Under the pieces are notes generated by a model. It was not told the DNA's origin, did no database searches, and worked only from the letters and a program-made list of their open reading frames with translations. A stretch of DNA of 63,778 bases, counting the filler, from Craspedostauros australis (lineage: Eukaryota), in NCBI GenBank assembly GCA_030167865.1. It is 8 parts of 8 records of this genome, joined end to end, with 100 filler letters (N's around TTAATTAATTAA, not from the genome) between each part and the next. Parts side by side here need not be neighbours in the genome. Positions count along the whole stretch, not along the records: positions 32,909 to 49,173 come from JALAGF010001921.1; positions 49,274 to 57,489 come from JALAGF010001924.1; 6 more parts are not named here. One strand, given 5' to 3'. Below are positions 37,701-50,137 of the stretch, one piece after another; the first letter of the stretch is position 1, and each line of letters begins with the position of its first letter. Both the position numbers and the translations under genes were made by a program.

Positions 37701-39084
37701 GTGCCATCCAGCGTTACGTGCGATCCATTGGCAAGTGGACAAACATTCCTGTTGTCTGACAAGTACGCTCAGGAAACGCTGGCTCCGTCGTTGCTGTTGC
37801 TATACGGAGAAGTCGAACACACTGGATACTATGACAAGATGAGCCATCGGGCGAAGATCTCATCCTTGTTGAAGTACCTGTGGGAAAGCTCCGAACATCG
37901 GCCTGCATTCCGTTCCATCACCCAAAACAAAACCTCCTTCATCAAGTTCGCCAACGGCATCATGAACGAGACCAACACATTGATCGCGACAGTGATGCAG
38001 AAGTTGCCCGAAATCAGAGAAGCTCAGGAGAAGATGGCGAACCCGCAGGAATGGGGACAGCTCTCCGAGGATGAGCAGAATGTCATTTCCAGCCGTCTGG
38101 AGGACAATGAACGCGAGGTCAAGCACGCTCTTCCATTGTGCAACAAGACGCTGCAAATGTTTGGCTACCTGAACACTGACGAGGACATCCGGAGTCTGTT
38201 CCTCTTGGAAGAGCTCTGTCCTCGGTTGGTGACGATGCTCCTCCATGTTCTCACGAAGCTCGTCGGTTCGAAGGGGCTCGATCTGAAGGTACGTTCTGTC
38301 TGTGCTGCGTCACGCAACGAGTACGCAGCTTTGCTCCATCATGTCGCGGCACAAAATGCTGCGGCTGCGGCTACTCTTGATCAAACCGTGTGGTATCTTA
38401 CAGTGCCCCGAGACCAGATTTGGAGATGTGGCCTTTTGCAAAATTGCTTGCTCACATTCGCCTTGCCACCAATCGTCTTCGTGAAAATGCTTCCCTTCCT
38501 CATCTGCAATTCCAACTGCAACTGCGACTGCAACTGAAAATACAATGCGGCAACGACTGTATCATTGTGATGACAACTCCGTACAGGTGAACAACCCGGA
38601 GCAGTACCACTTCCGGCCAAAGGAAATGCTTCGCGATCTATGCGCGATCTTCGCGTTGTTTGCATCCACGAAGGAATTCTCGATGGAATGCGCGAAGAGC
38701 GGATGCGATCCCACCTTGCTCCGCACTGCAGTCAAAACATGCCGACGCCTGAACTTGCTGACAGGCGAATCGATGACAGCCTTCGAATCGCTGCCCACCT
38801 TCGTCGAGGACGCGTCGCGCATAGTGGCCGAAGATGAGAAGCTTCTGTCCGATGCTCCGGACGAGTTCCTCGACGAGCTGCTCTCCACCTACATGAATGA
38901 TCCGGTGATCCTGCCAAGTGGGCACATCGTCGATCGATCCACCATCACCCAGCACCTGCTCAACGATCCAATCGACCCGTTCAATCGTGCCGAGATGACT
39001 ATCGATGACGTGAAACCAGCCACGGAGCTCAAGGCAAAGATGGTCACATGGTTGGAGGAGAAGCGTGTCGCAAACAAGAAGTGA
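34786..39084 (+). CDS. UFD2: Ubiquitin conjugation factor E4 (UFD2/UBE4, U-box), 4 exons (34786-36348, 36660-37370, 37614-38288, 38587-39084)
   Basis: EMRARRLAR N-terminus; Ufd2 core motifs (LKLCEPF, MPEHFVDN, VRNYNLRA, VEHTGYYDK, FIKFANGIMNE, GSKGLDLKV-NNPEQYHFRPK); U-box APDEFLDELLSTYMNDPVILPSG..VDRSTITQHLLND..DPFNR. Introns are canonical GT-AG. Confidence 0.95.
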
Positions 39085-39968
39085 TTGGAGACCGTTCGTA
39101 TTCTCACAGATGGGCACGAAAGTTGTAGAGTGGACGGAAACAGGTGATAATATGGTAGAACACTGCAATGCGGCATGATACGATACACCACAGCCACCAA
39201 GGGGCACTAACTCTAGAGTACGTACTCATACTGCACCTGGCTTCGAGCATGCGCCACGAACATGAACATACTACACGCACGCAAGCAAACCGAGCAATCA
39301 TCATTTGCAAACGGCGAAGCGATCGCAGTGTATTGTTGGGCGCCTGTGCGGAGACTGCCCTGGCTGGCTTCCTGATACGCACACAGCAGCTCCCAAGATT
39401 GCAAAAACACAACGTACCACAACACTCGTACAACACTCGTACAACACTCGTGCAACGCAAGGCAATGCAACGCAGCACATTGCAGTGCGCTCCAACGTTG
39501 AAGTGGCAGTCCACTGTCGCTGGAAGGGAGGGACGGGAGTTCGCTGAAGATGCAACTCTCAACGCAGTCGCACCTGCTACTGCAGGTGGTGGCAGCGTCT
39601 CTACGCTGGACGCAAAGAGTAGATGAGAACGGAAGCTGTGGATTGGGATGCCGCATGGTGCCATGCGATGCAGCGCAATGCGACGCGACGCAAGGCCTCG
39701 AAGATACGCAAGTGAACGGAATGTGTCAAGGAAGTAGAGGTATAGTACGAGTATTGAGTTCCTACTCTCTGCGTGTATCGACTTGGGGACGTGATGCAAT
39801 CAGCGAATCCTACACAGTGGTTGGATTCGCTGATGTTCGACCTCCTATTCATTGACTTGTAGATGCCCGTTGACTTGTGTCGGTTGGGCTGATCTGGTCT
39901 GAATAGACGATGCGCGAGCATGCATTCCGTATCCCTCATCCATAGCAACATAAAAGCAGGCGTGACTC

Positions 39969-40415
39969 TCAATCATCGACCTTGGTATCTTTGTCCTGAG
40001 GAACAACCGCCTGTCGCTTGGTTGGCGGTTCCTCGCTGTCCGTGTCACCGCTGTTCACATCGCCAGTTCCCATTGCCTTGTCGTTCTCATCGGCCTTGTC
40101 TTTGTCGTTGATGACGTCTTCGACATCGTCGCCATCGTCTTCCTCCGACATGGATTGCGCATCGCGTTTCAGATGCACCGACCACAGCTCCTCTCCGATG
40201 CTGGTTGCGCGCTTCCTTCCTGGTTGTTCCACTGCGACGGCAGCATCCTCATCCTCATCATCTCCAGCCTGGCGTGTCAAATGAACCAAGAAGAGCTCCT
40301 CGCCGGGTGTCACCTTGCCGTTCAGGGTGCCTTCCGAAGTCAATTCTGGTGCTGTTCCTCTTGTCTCAACTTCGTTCATCGTAACGGTAGTCATTGTTGT
40401 TGTCGTAGCTGCCAT
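39969..40415 (-). CDS. Small acidic disordered protein with duplicated GEELxxVHLxR motif
   Basis: ATG at 40415 follows a CA-rich UTR; 148 aa; contains PGEELFLVHLTRQA and IGEELWSVHLKRDA, and a PPTKRQ basic patch. Confidence 0.6.
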   Translation of the reverse strand: MAATTTTMTTVTMNEVETRGTAPELTSEGTLNGKVTPGEELFLVHLTRQAGDDEDEDAAVAVEQPGRKRATSIGEELWSVHLKRDAQSMSEEDDGDDVEDVINDKDKADENDKAMGTGDVNSGDTDSEEPPTKRQAVVPQDKDTKVDD

Positions 40416-41705
40416 CGTCGGTTGTTTGTGGAGTCTGGTGGCCTGTGTATGTTGGATATAGTTCGAGTCCGTGTGTGCAGTCCGTTGGTGAGGAGTGGTG
40501 TTGTGTGCGCTGATGTGGTATCGTTCGACCTCTCGCTTGTGTTCTCGCTTTGCCTTGGTGCTTTTTGTGCAAGAACCTACAGGCGAACTCTGACAGGGGG
40601 TTGATACGAGTGTTCCCCTTGTGGCTGATGATACGCGCGCGCAACCTTTCTCGTTGTTCTTTGGCGCCATGCAGTTGTCACCTCGTCACATCAGCCTCTC
40701 TCAGCGTGGGGTCGACATCGTGGAAATCAACACAACCATGGAGGAAGTACACGCGAAGGGCACTGGAAATGCTGTCCTTCGTGATTTTTTCGTGTGGTCC
40801 TCTCTGTCCACGACCGGGGTTCGGGACTGGGCGGTTCGTGTTGACCTGACAACAAAGCGAACTGGTGTCAACATTGATCGCGTGATTCGAAGAAGCCGCT
40901 CTCTTGTTCTGGTTTTGAAAGGAATTTGGAATTTTCGTTCTGGTGTCTTCCTGTTTGTATTGTAGCTCATCCACCTATTGATGATAAATAGAATCCAATA
41001 AATCGGCGCAATCTGCCCAACAGCAACAAGGCAACAGCTGACCATGGCGCTGCCGGAGCATGTCAGTGCCGTTTGCTGTTGTTACTGTGGCTGTTGTTGC
41101 TGTTGTTGTTCCCTTGTGTTTGCGCGCTTTGTACCTTTTGAGGCCCCTTTTCTGTGTGCGGGCGCATGGGCGCGTGTTTGTGGTGGAGACGCCGCATGTT
41201 CTTGCATCGGAACGAATTGCCCGACCAGCCCCAACCTCCTTGCCTCTTGCAAGAACAACCACCAAGAGGGGCAACCACCAACACCAACCTCTCTCTGGAC
41301 ACTGCTGACCCTCGGGCAAAAGCGCAACGCGCTGCGTGATCCAAAGTTGCTCCGCGCATTCGCAGAGTGCCCACGCCGATCGCTCATCCTCACCGCCTTC
41401 GTCGCTGAGCAGCTCCCGCCGACACCGACAAGAGAGGACGGATCCGAAGCGACGCAGAACCAAGCCAAGATCGGGAGGAAAAAACGCGCTCTGCTGGACC
41501 AAACTTCGTCTTGCTCTGCCTCGCCTCGCCTCGCCTTCCCTCACCTGTTCTGGCGGACTATTTGGTCTGTCGAAACAAACAAACAACTCTGCTCTACGAC
41601 TATACCCATACCCAACAAGAAACACAGCCTGCAGCTTCGATCGCAGAGCGCAACAAACACCGCGCCGGTAAAGTACTTCTACAGCATCCGTGCATACTCC
41701 ACACC

Positions 41706-43635
41706 ATGTCTGACTTTGGCGGTTCTGGTGGACAGGGACCACCGCCGTCGGGCAGCCGAGATGGCCCTGGTCGCGGAGGCCGCTCGCAATCGCCGCCACC
41801 ACGACGACGGGGTCACAGCCGCAGTCGGAGCAGAAGCTGGAGCCGATCGAGGTCGCCGCCGCCGGGACGCCGAAGGTCCCGTTCACGCTCTCCCCCCAGA
41901 AGAAGGCGCGCCAGATCGAGGAGCCGAAGCAGGTCGAGAAGCCGATCGCCGCACTCCAGGGTGAGTGAAAAAATGATGAAATCGTTGCGTGATGGGAGCT
42001 CACTTGGTGGTTTTCTTTCGAAAATCATTTGAGGGAATGGAACAGAATGAACAAGCAAGCAAGCGTCCTCACATGTTACATGCCACATGCTACATGCCAC
42101 ATGTCGGCATACACGCAATCAAACACCCTTCTCTCACCAATTCATTTCTCGTTGTGGTCTATGATTTCGATTTGTTGTTCTTCCTTGTTGGTTCATTGAA
42201 TCATATCATCTCATGTTTCCGTTCCTCTGGCAGGGTGGAAGATTCTCTCGCGGTGAATACTTCGATAGACGAGGAGGCCCGCCACATGGGCCGGGTGGAG
42301 GGTACGGACCGCCTGATGACTTCAGGGGCGGGCCAGGCCCCCGTGGCCCCTACGGTGGTAAGTGGCGCTGCTTTCAAGATATTCCAACCAAGTTCGAAAG
42401 GGAGGGTGCACAACAACGGGTTTGATGACATGTCGTGATGAAATGGCGTGGTTTGATGCGATTGCAAACAGAAGAGAGTCATCACGCTTACATCGAACCG
42501 ATCAAGGCAACACAACCATGGTCAGCGCGGGGCATTCAGTCACATTGGCGATGAGCTCAGAGTCTCATGATAAGGCAACTCAACAACCCTTTTCATCATA
42601 CCGCTTGCAACATTTGGATTCAACAACCCTCAAACACAATGCAACACAATGCAACATGCGAAATGTAAACGCAGACCCATACGCGAGACATAGCGACTTC
42701 GGTCCACGAGGGCCGCCTCCATCTCACGGCCCACCGCCGCGCGGAATGGATCCGTACTTTGATCAATACGGTCCCGGAGGCGGCGGCAGTGGCAGTGGCG
42801 GTAGAGGAGGGCCATACGGACCGCCAAGGGGTGGCCCACCGCCCTCTCAATTCGGGGGTAGCAGAGGAGGCGACAGACGTCGACGAGACGAAGGGCCACC
42901 AGGCGTCTCATTGCTCATTCGAAACATTGCACCCACAGTCACCGCACATGATCTTCATGGCGCCTTCGGTCGCATCGGAGAAATCCGAGATGTCTACATC
43001 CCACGAGACTACCATTCGCAACAGCCCAAGGGCTTTGCATTCATTGAATTCGCGAGCCCCCAAAGCGCGCGCGAAGCCAGGGACGAGATGGATCGTTTCA
43101 TGATGAAAGGCCGTGAACTCGAGGTCGTCTTCGCGCAGGAGCGACGGAAGACGCCGAATGAAATGAAAACTCGTTCAGGACCAACGGGCAGGGAGCGCGG
43201 ACCAAGGAGTTTTGATCGGTAAGCAACAACAGCCAGCGAACTGCGTCATACTATGGTGCTTGGTGCGATAGATGTCACATGTGTGGAAATTTCATCGTGA
43301 TGTTGAGATTGGATTGGACTGGGTTGGGTTGGGCACAAGGCGTGATGACGGCGGTCAGCCACATGAATTCTGGAGGCGCCTCCTCGTAAGTTGATTGGTT
43401 TGTTGGCAAGGTCAAGATTCTCACCAGCGCCATTCTTTGTTCCTATCTATCTTACGTCTGCTATTCGATACCACACTTCATTTGCCCTGACGCCATTGTC
43501 CGCTGCAGTTCGTCGTCCTTCGAGCGGCAGAAGTACGGGCAGCGAGGCATCAAACGAGAAGAAGATGGTGACGGCAGAAACCAAGGCGATGGTCCTGGCT
43601 CGAGACCGGAAAACGAACAACGAAACGGAGCATGA
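41706..43635 (+). CDS. SR-type splicing factor (SC35/SCL/SRSF10-like RRM with N-terminal RS domain), 4 exons (41706-41960, 42234-42357, 42675-43218, 43509-43635)
   Basis: RS repeats, GGPP-rich linker, and RRM SLLIRNI..IRDVYIPRDYHSQQPKGFAFIEF..VVFAQERRKTPNEM. All three GT-AG introns are phase-compatible. Confidence 0.9.
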
Positions 43636-45100
43636 ATGTGAACAATCTCGACCACTCAACGCGACGCACAGGCTTCCTAACCGTCGCGAGACTGCGGCCC
43701 AGGTATTGACGCCGTGAAGATACAGCTAGGAGCCGATGCGGTCGCCCGGATTCATCCAGTGCCGCCGGTGCACGCATCTCTTTATCGGTCCATGAGCTTG
43801 TGGGTGCACGAGCGCATTTGATCGACTGCGGCACAGCACCGAAGAAGCACACAGCTCCCTTCCAACCGACAAAACTTTCGAGCGATCATTCGATGAGCAC
43901 ACCTCCACAATTGCAAACGGGCAATCACCAGCAAGTATCATCAGGCAGGTGGCATGCAGCATGATTCTACGACGATACACACGACCACAAGACGCCTCAT
44001 AGTACAACCCGCAACGAGAGCAAGAGCGTCGTTGCTAATTGTCACCACAACAGGTGCACCAGCAAGCCACGCTCCTCGACTCAATCAAGACACCACAAGG
44101 CACAAGACAAGCAAACAACGCCCAGGGAAGACACTGACACAAGGCGCAACGGACAACAGACGAGGATACAAGGCACAAGACGCACAATGTTGGAGAGGCC
44201 GAGCGCAAGCGACCTTTGGGTAGCAAGAACGAATTTGTAATAATTCATGAAGGATATTTATCAAATTTCAAGACCAAGTCCAAGTCCAAGATCTGCTTTT
44301 GTCCATTGCAAGACAATAAGGAGGGCACAGAGGGAGCACATGACGAACAAGATTGAAGCCCTCGGCGTCGCCGCCGTCGCCCCCATCTCAAAGAATCGCG
44401 ATTGTTTGAACTGTTTCCCCAAGTCTTTGCAAACCATGTACCACAGAACACGCACGGGGTGAGGTCGCAGCGGATGCGCAGTTTTCTCTCCCCTCTCTTC
44501 TCTGGTCAAAGGCGCGGCGGTCAGTTGCCGCGAGTGCATGAAATGGAAGAAACGATGACAACTTCCCACCACTGCTTCATCCGGCAAGGCACATATGAGC
44601 AAAGCAAACGCTCTGCAATGCAATGACAGAATGAAATGAAAGGGAGCCGATCCAAACTGCGCTGGGACGGTGTGAAACGCCTTCAAACTGTCCGGGCGGC
44701 ACCACGGCTGACCATGCCGCACACATCAAGGAGGGCAGCTGCAACTGCAACTGCATCACTCGATGTAAGGTTTCACTCAATGGTTTGGACGGAAGTGGTA
44801 AGATGTGCGGACGTAACCATGGTATTGCAGTCATGTTGGCACTCTCAAGATAGTGTCAAGAGGATGGAGGTTGTGTGCTCGTTGTGTATGGGTTCTCTAC
44901 GAGTATAATGTGTGTGGTATTATAGGTTGTAAGAGATACTAATTCTGCACTGTGAAAACCTTGTATCATAGAATATGAAGTTGTAAATGAAAGAAGACAC
45001 GGATGTTGCCATCTGTGGCGAGTTGGCGGAACTGCTCCAGGTGCGCATCTGAATGGCCTGCTTTTCAGACATTCACTTATACCCGTACGTCCTCCGCGCT

Positions 45101-46018
45101 CTATCTATGTTTGTGATTGCAGGATGCTTGACCATGATCGGGTGCGTCATGAGAATGATCATGAGAACAGTCAGTATGGAAGGCGCAACCTTGCCGCTGC
45201 GACATGTAGTTGGAAGACAGCAGCATGGCACAACCAGAGATATTGACGAGGCGGTGCATCCAGCCTCCGCACTGGATGGCGTGCAACCACCGCACATGGC
45301 CCACAATCGGCAAAGCATGGATGTGCGAGTTGGCCAACCCCACGACGCACAACCCGACAATGCCCAGACTGAGGATCCATTTCTTGCCGTGCGAAATGTA
45401 ATTAACGGTGGAAGTGAGACTGCCCACGGGCAGAACGAAGTAGAGCGCCAGCTGATGTCCCAAATGATGAATGGAATCCAAGCGCGCCGGACTGAGCTGC
45501 AGGAATCCGAGCAGCGGCAACACCACCGTGATGATGGGTAGGATCGTGCAGTCCAACACGCAGAGGATGGATGCAACGTTGGAGAGCTTGCGCAGTTGGT
45601 TGATGAGCGCGTTCGGAGGCGTCAATGGTGCTGGCGATGTGCTCTGTGCAGATGAGGTTCTTGCGGCGTCGTTCATGTTGTTGTTATTGGTGGGATCGGT
45701 GCTTCCAACGTCGCCGGTGCTGCCGTCGGCAGTGCTGTACAATGGCAACATCTGCGCGCCATGCGAGCATGAACATGCATTGCCTCTCACTGATTGTGAT
45801 GATGCTGCGATCTCGAAGCACGTCAAGGGATCTCTGCGTTGGACGAACATGGATGCGTGTCGTCCCGCGAATCCATGGACCTTGGCTGGCATTCCCACGA
45901 TGATCGTGATCACCAGCAGTGCACGGATGACGATGATGTTGCAGCAGCTGGTGCTGTAGCTGCTTTTGGTGTTCGTGCGGATGGGAGATTGCGCTATCTT
46001 GATATCTGATGCCCTCAT
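45101..46018 (-). CDS. MerC-like membrane protein with plastid-type presequence and His/Cys-rich tail
   Basis: Hydrophobic signal ending VHG-F; ASILCVLDCTILP (MerC-like CxxxC in TM1); four TM segments; C-terminal CAFHTDCSHDHSHDAPDHGQASCNHKHR. Confidence 0.75.
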   Translation of the reverse strand: MRASDIKIAQSPIRTNTKSSYSTSCCNIIVIRALLVITIIVGMPAKVHGFAGRHASMFVQRRDPLTCFEIAASSQSVRGNACSCSHGAQMLPLYSTADGSTGDVGSTDPTNNNNMNDAARTSSAQSTSPAPLTPPNALINQLRKLSNVASILCVLDCTILPIITVVLPLLGFLQLSPARLDSIHHLGHQLALYFVLPVGSLTSTVNYISHGKKWILSLGIVGLCVVGLANSHIHALPIVGHVRWLHAIQCGGWMHRLVNISGCAMLLSSNYMSQRQGCAFHTDCSHDHSHDAPDHGQASCNHKHR

Positions 46019-47502
46019 TGGAAGATGGGTGAGATTGCGATCAGCGGTTCATTGGTCTGTGGGGTGGTCTGTGATGTGGTCTGTAGGTTGGAGAATTGGG
46101 ATGATGGGTGACACAGTTGGGGTATGATCCATTCTAACGCATAAGACTTTTGCGCCCTGTCTTTCCCGCCTGTCTCTGGATCTTTTGTGGTGCGATGATG
46201 GGTCAGTGAGGCGGAAAGGGACATCACCACAAAGAGCCTAATTCTGATGCTCGTGAAGAACAGCCATGTGTGCAACACGACATTCTTCCTTTGGCGAAGG
46301 GCCGCGTGTTGGTTAGGCTGAACATAGTACTATATCTCGGCCGCAGGCATCAATTCCAGGCGTCCTCCTGGGTCGTATAATACCATGCGACTACTCCAAG
46401 CAACACATCATCAGCAGGCGCAGGCGCAGCGGTGTTACTCGTGCATCACGTCATACTCTTCAAGTAAGAGCGCCGGCATGTGGCACCCACCGTTCTCCTC
46501 AACAAGCACCCCAGCGTGGACATGATCATGCAGAACGTGGAGAAGGTGGCCTCCACGCACCGCGGAACGGCTCATCGAAGCCCACGATCGCCAAGGACTC
46601 TTTGACAGCGTATCTCACGAAGACGCGGACGCGGACGCGGATCCAGGCGACGACACGGACAATGGCCAACGCATGCAGCTGCAAGCGTGTGACACATCCG
46701 CAAGGCATAGCATCGCAGCATGCGCGCAAGCATCCCAGTGCTCGTCCTGCGGCGATGTGATCAATGAAGGGCACGATGTGCACAGCTTCTTCCAGTTCGA
46801 GCGCTCAGAGGAGGACATGCGCTTGCTGTCGAGGATTGGTGAATGTTCGATACCCATGGATTTACTCTCAAGAACATCACGGGCAAAGTCTGAGGCAGAC
46901 GCTTCCACTGTTGATCGCAGCGTGTCAACAGGTGGGAGGAAGATTGGTATGTGAGCGGGGTTCAGGAGGGTTCAGGACCGCGAGAAATGGGTCCACAGGT
47001 GCGGAATATACCTATTCCGTTTGTGGCAGCCGCAACGCCCAATCCTCGAGCGCCATCAAGCACGTCCACACCAGCAGTGTTGGCAACTGCGCCATCACCA
47101 TCAACTTGGCTGCAACAGCGACAGCGACACATCTATCCTCATCGCCATAGTCAGAACATGACGCGTCATGGCGAGCATTGAGATCGACAGCTCCACTGTG
47201 GCGTATGGAACCGACCGCACCTCCCATCAAACCGCTGAACACAGGGGCATTGTCAAATGCATACCACCATTGATAATCACAACAGATACAGTACATCCAA
47301 CAGCAACGGAAGCAACAGCAACAGCAACAGTCATCACGGCGGCAGCTCTCAACCAACCCTTGAGCTTCATGGTACGCGAACTCCAGAGAAGTGCATCACT
47401 GCGTGATAGAATACGTGTACTACCTATACTCATCGCCCCCATCGTCTTTGTCTTCTGTGTCATCATCGTAATCGTGATTGCAGTCTTATTAATCTTAGTT
47501 GT

Positions 47503-49173
47503 TTACGTTGTCGTTGTCGCCCAGGTCGTTATGACGCTGTGTTTGTCCATCTTCTTGTGCGGATCGCGGGCATCTTCAAGTTTGTTCATCAAGTCTGGTA
47601 GGATCCCTATCTCGTCGGTCGGGAAAGACGCATACGGCGCACGCCCAATTTCCTTCTCCTCATTGACGGCGTCCTCTCGAGGGCCGTCCACTGCATCCCC
47701 ATTGTATGTATCTGGCAGCTTCTCCTTCTTGCACGCCAAGCAGTACGGACCAGTCTTCCCGAAAGGAATCTTGAGGAGCTCATCGCACGCTCTGTCCTTG
47801 TTTTGGCGGATCTCCTCGAAGTCGAGGTCGGAGCCGTCGGCGCGGATCTTACTTTGGATGAAGATGGTGTACAGCGCGTGATCCACCAACTCTGACTTGT
47901 CTGCATTCCACTTCGCACCGATGAATGAGACGCTTCCATCGGCGAAATTGCTGTCACTCCCAGCCACAGTCGCAAGGGCGGGGAACAGCGTATGTGGTGG
48001 TTTCCCCTTGTTGTCTGCCAGCTGTTGAAGACCTTTCACCAGGTCTTTGTCCATGAACAGGGTCTCCATATTCGCCGCTTCCGCTTGCGAAATATCAAGG
48101 TCCTGCTTTTCCACGCTGGAGAGGTCGCATGGAACATCACCATCACTTGGTTTGGCCATGGTTACCTTCAGCTTATCCCAGTCGCCCATCATCTCAGTAT
48201 TCCCGTCTTCGTCTCGCTTGTTCAACCACATCGCGGATTTCTGAGAGTACATGCCATCCAAGGTGAGATCGCATTCGGTTGAGACAGGAATCACGTCTTT
48301 GAATGCCTCCCACGCCTCTTTGATCTCCTTGTCAACATGTTCGGCTGTGTCGTCGCCATCGTTGGTGTAACCTCTCAGGAACATTTTGAGGCTCTTTGTC
48401 AAGATGTGGTGCAGGTCTTTGCGTTTCTTCTCCTCGATGGTCATGGCTGCTGTAATGGCACTACTCACAAGCTGAGTTGACAGCACCTCGAACCCAAACG
48501 AATGGACTCCCAACAACGCATTGGCCTCCCTCGACCGTTTTCCACTGCTCGCAAGCCAGATGCACAGTAGTCGCATCACGTCCTTCATGATGAACGGCTG
48601 TGATAGTGTTTGCGTTTCGGTCCACTTGCCTGTAAACTCTGCCGGTACCACGATCCCGTACCTGCGAACGAGCAGCCGCATAGGTGTCGGCCTGTCATCG
48701 TCCTCCTCGGCAGGAGCAGGTGCAGCGGTTCCACGGAACGCGTTGTAGAAGCTATGGAATGAAGGGCCGTAGCTGAGCGCCCTTGCCTTCGCTTGTGCTG
48801 TTGTGTCATTGGCGGGTAGTTCGAAGGGCTCTGGATAGAGAAGCGCCGTAAAGGCTTGCGATGATGCAGCCATCCTGTCCTTTGCTGCAATGATATCTTT
48901 GTCCCGCAAATGTTGCGAGTTTGGGACTTCCGCTAGTGGTACACCTGGCTCGGCATTTTTGTTCGAGCCTTCATGGCCGCTCCACAGCGATCCCATTGCA
49001 TTTGAATTGATGAACTTGTCAAAAACCAAATACATCAGTCGGATCTCATCATAGGGATTGTTGTACAGGAACCCCGAATGGAACATTTGATCGATCAAGA
49101 TGGAAGCCATCCGTGCATTGCCCTGGGCGATGATTCCCAGGAATGGCCGCGTCTTCAGATCTTCGAATGTCGC
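47503..49173 (-). CDS. Hypothetical protein (>=556 aa), 5' end lost in a gap
   Basis: Long intronless ORF with globular-looking composition. The frame stays open from the gap edge at 49173 through the ATG at 49110. No recognised family. Confidence 0.6.
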   Translation of the reverse strand, partial: ATFEDLKTRPFLGIIAQGNARMASILIDQMFHSGFLYNNPYDEIRLMYLVFDKFINSNAMGSLWSGHEGSNKNAEPGVPLAEVPNSQHLRDKDIIAAKDRMAASSQAFTALLYPEPFELPANDTTAQAKARALSYGPSFHSFYNAFRGTAAPAPAEEDDDRPTPMRLLVRRYGIVVPAEFTGKWTETQTLSQPFIMKDVMRLLCIWLASSGKRSREANALLGVHSFGFEVLSTQLVSSAITAAMTIEEKKRKDLHHILTKSLKMFLRGYTNDGDDTAEHVDKEIKEAWEAFKDVIPVSTECDLTLDGMYSQKSAMWLNKRDEDGNTEMMGDWDKLKVTMAKPSDGDVPCDLSSVEKQDLDISQAEAANMETLFMDKDLVKGLQQLADNKGKPPHTLFPALATVAGSDSNFADGSVSFIGAKWNADKSELVDHALYTIFIQSKIRADGSDLDFEEIRQNKDRACDELLKIPFGKTGPYCLACKKEKLPDTYNGDAVDGPREDAVNEEKEIGRAPYASFPTDEIGILPDLMNKLEDARDPHKKMDKHSVITTWATTTT

Positions 49174-49273
49174 NNNNNNNNNNNNNNNNNNNNNNNNNNN
49201 NNNNNNNNNNNNNNNNNTTAATTAATTAANNNNNNNNNNNNNNNNNNNNNNNNNNNNNNNNNNNNNNNNNNNN

Positions 49274-50137
49274 GCAATCCGCAGAATGCCCCAGGTGCGG
49301 CAGGCCGGAAGACAACACACACATCCTCATGTGTCCCAGCGCTGCGAGCCAGTCCATTTGGGCCAAAGCCATCCTCAAAGTGCGGTCAATCGTGAGACCG
49401 CCCACCACCCCACCCGAAGTCGCCCAGCTAGTTTGCACGGCAATCAAGCGCATCACATCTGGAGGCATTCCTCCCTCAGGCATAAGGACGTCGCCCACTC
49501 AGAACATCCAGGTGAGACAGGCCAACATCGGTTGGGTAGCTCTAATCTGGGGCGGCTGGTCCACCTCGTGGCGAGACCAGGCCCCTCCAATGGCTCCTCA
49601 CCGGAGACGACGTGCTCCCAAGCTGCTCCGAGACTGGCAAGTGAGCATCACAAACCTCATGTGGCATACCGTCCTGCAACAGTGGCATGACCGCAACGAA
49701 ACCAAGGCGGAGCAGACGTCGCAAGGCATGACGGCTCTCCTTCAACAACAGCTTCACCGCCTCCGTACAACACCCACCGACGCGATCCCAGCAGTGCTGC
49801 GACCGCTATGGTCCAACCCACCAGCAACAGCCCAAATCGCCGCCCTAGTCCCGTGGGTCCAAGCGATGCAACAAGGACTCGGCCTCGCGGCACCGGACAT
49901 CCCGACCGTACTCACCAACTGGATGAAAAACCAGCGACGTCGCCACCGAGCACCAGCCACTCGCCCCTCGAACCCAGCCTGATGCTGACCCGACCTCAGA
50001 GCAGACGCCTCCACACACCGACACCTAGTGTCAATCCGTTCCCGCTGCGTGCATACACGTTGAATCAACGAGGCGGAATAAAAGCGCCCTCGGCGCATGA
50101 CTTAACAGTTATAATCCGTGTGTTATATATATATATG
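49274..50137 (+). mobile_element. 3' end of non-LTR retrotransposon (LINE; diatom Ambal-like C-terminus)
   Basis: CPRCGRPEDNTHILMCP zinc knuckle at the gap edge, QANIGW..IWGGWS..W..Q, W....W..RN, stop at 49982, short 3' UTR ending in a (TA)n tract at ~50124-50136. Confidence 0.75.

Noticed and set aside
39419..39452. Three copies of an 11-bp unit (acaacactcgt)
   Set aside because: Ordinary short slippage repeat in intergenic or UTR sequence.
41044..42003. Overlapping 306-aa (+) and 342-aa (-) ORFs
   Set aside because: Off-frame and antisense shadows of the GC-rich RS exon and its upstream region; no domain-like content.
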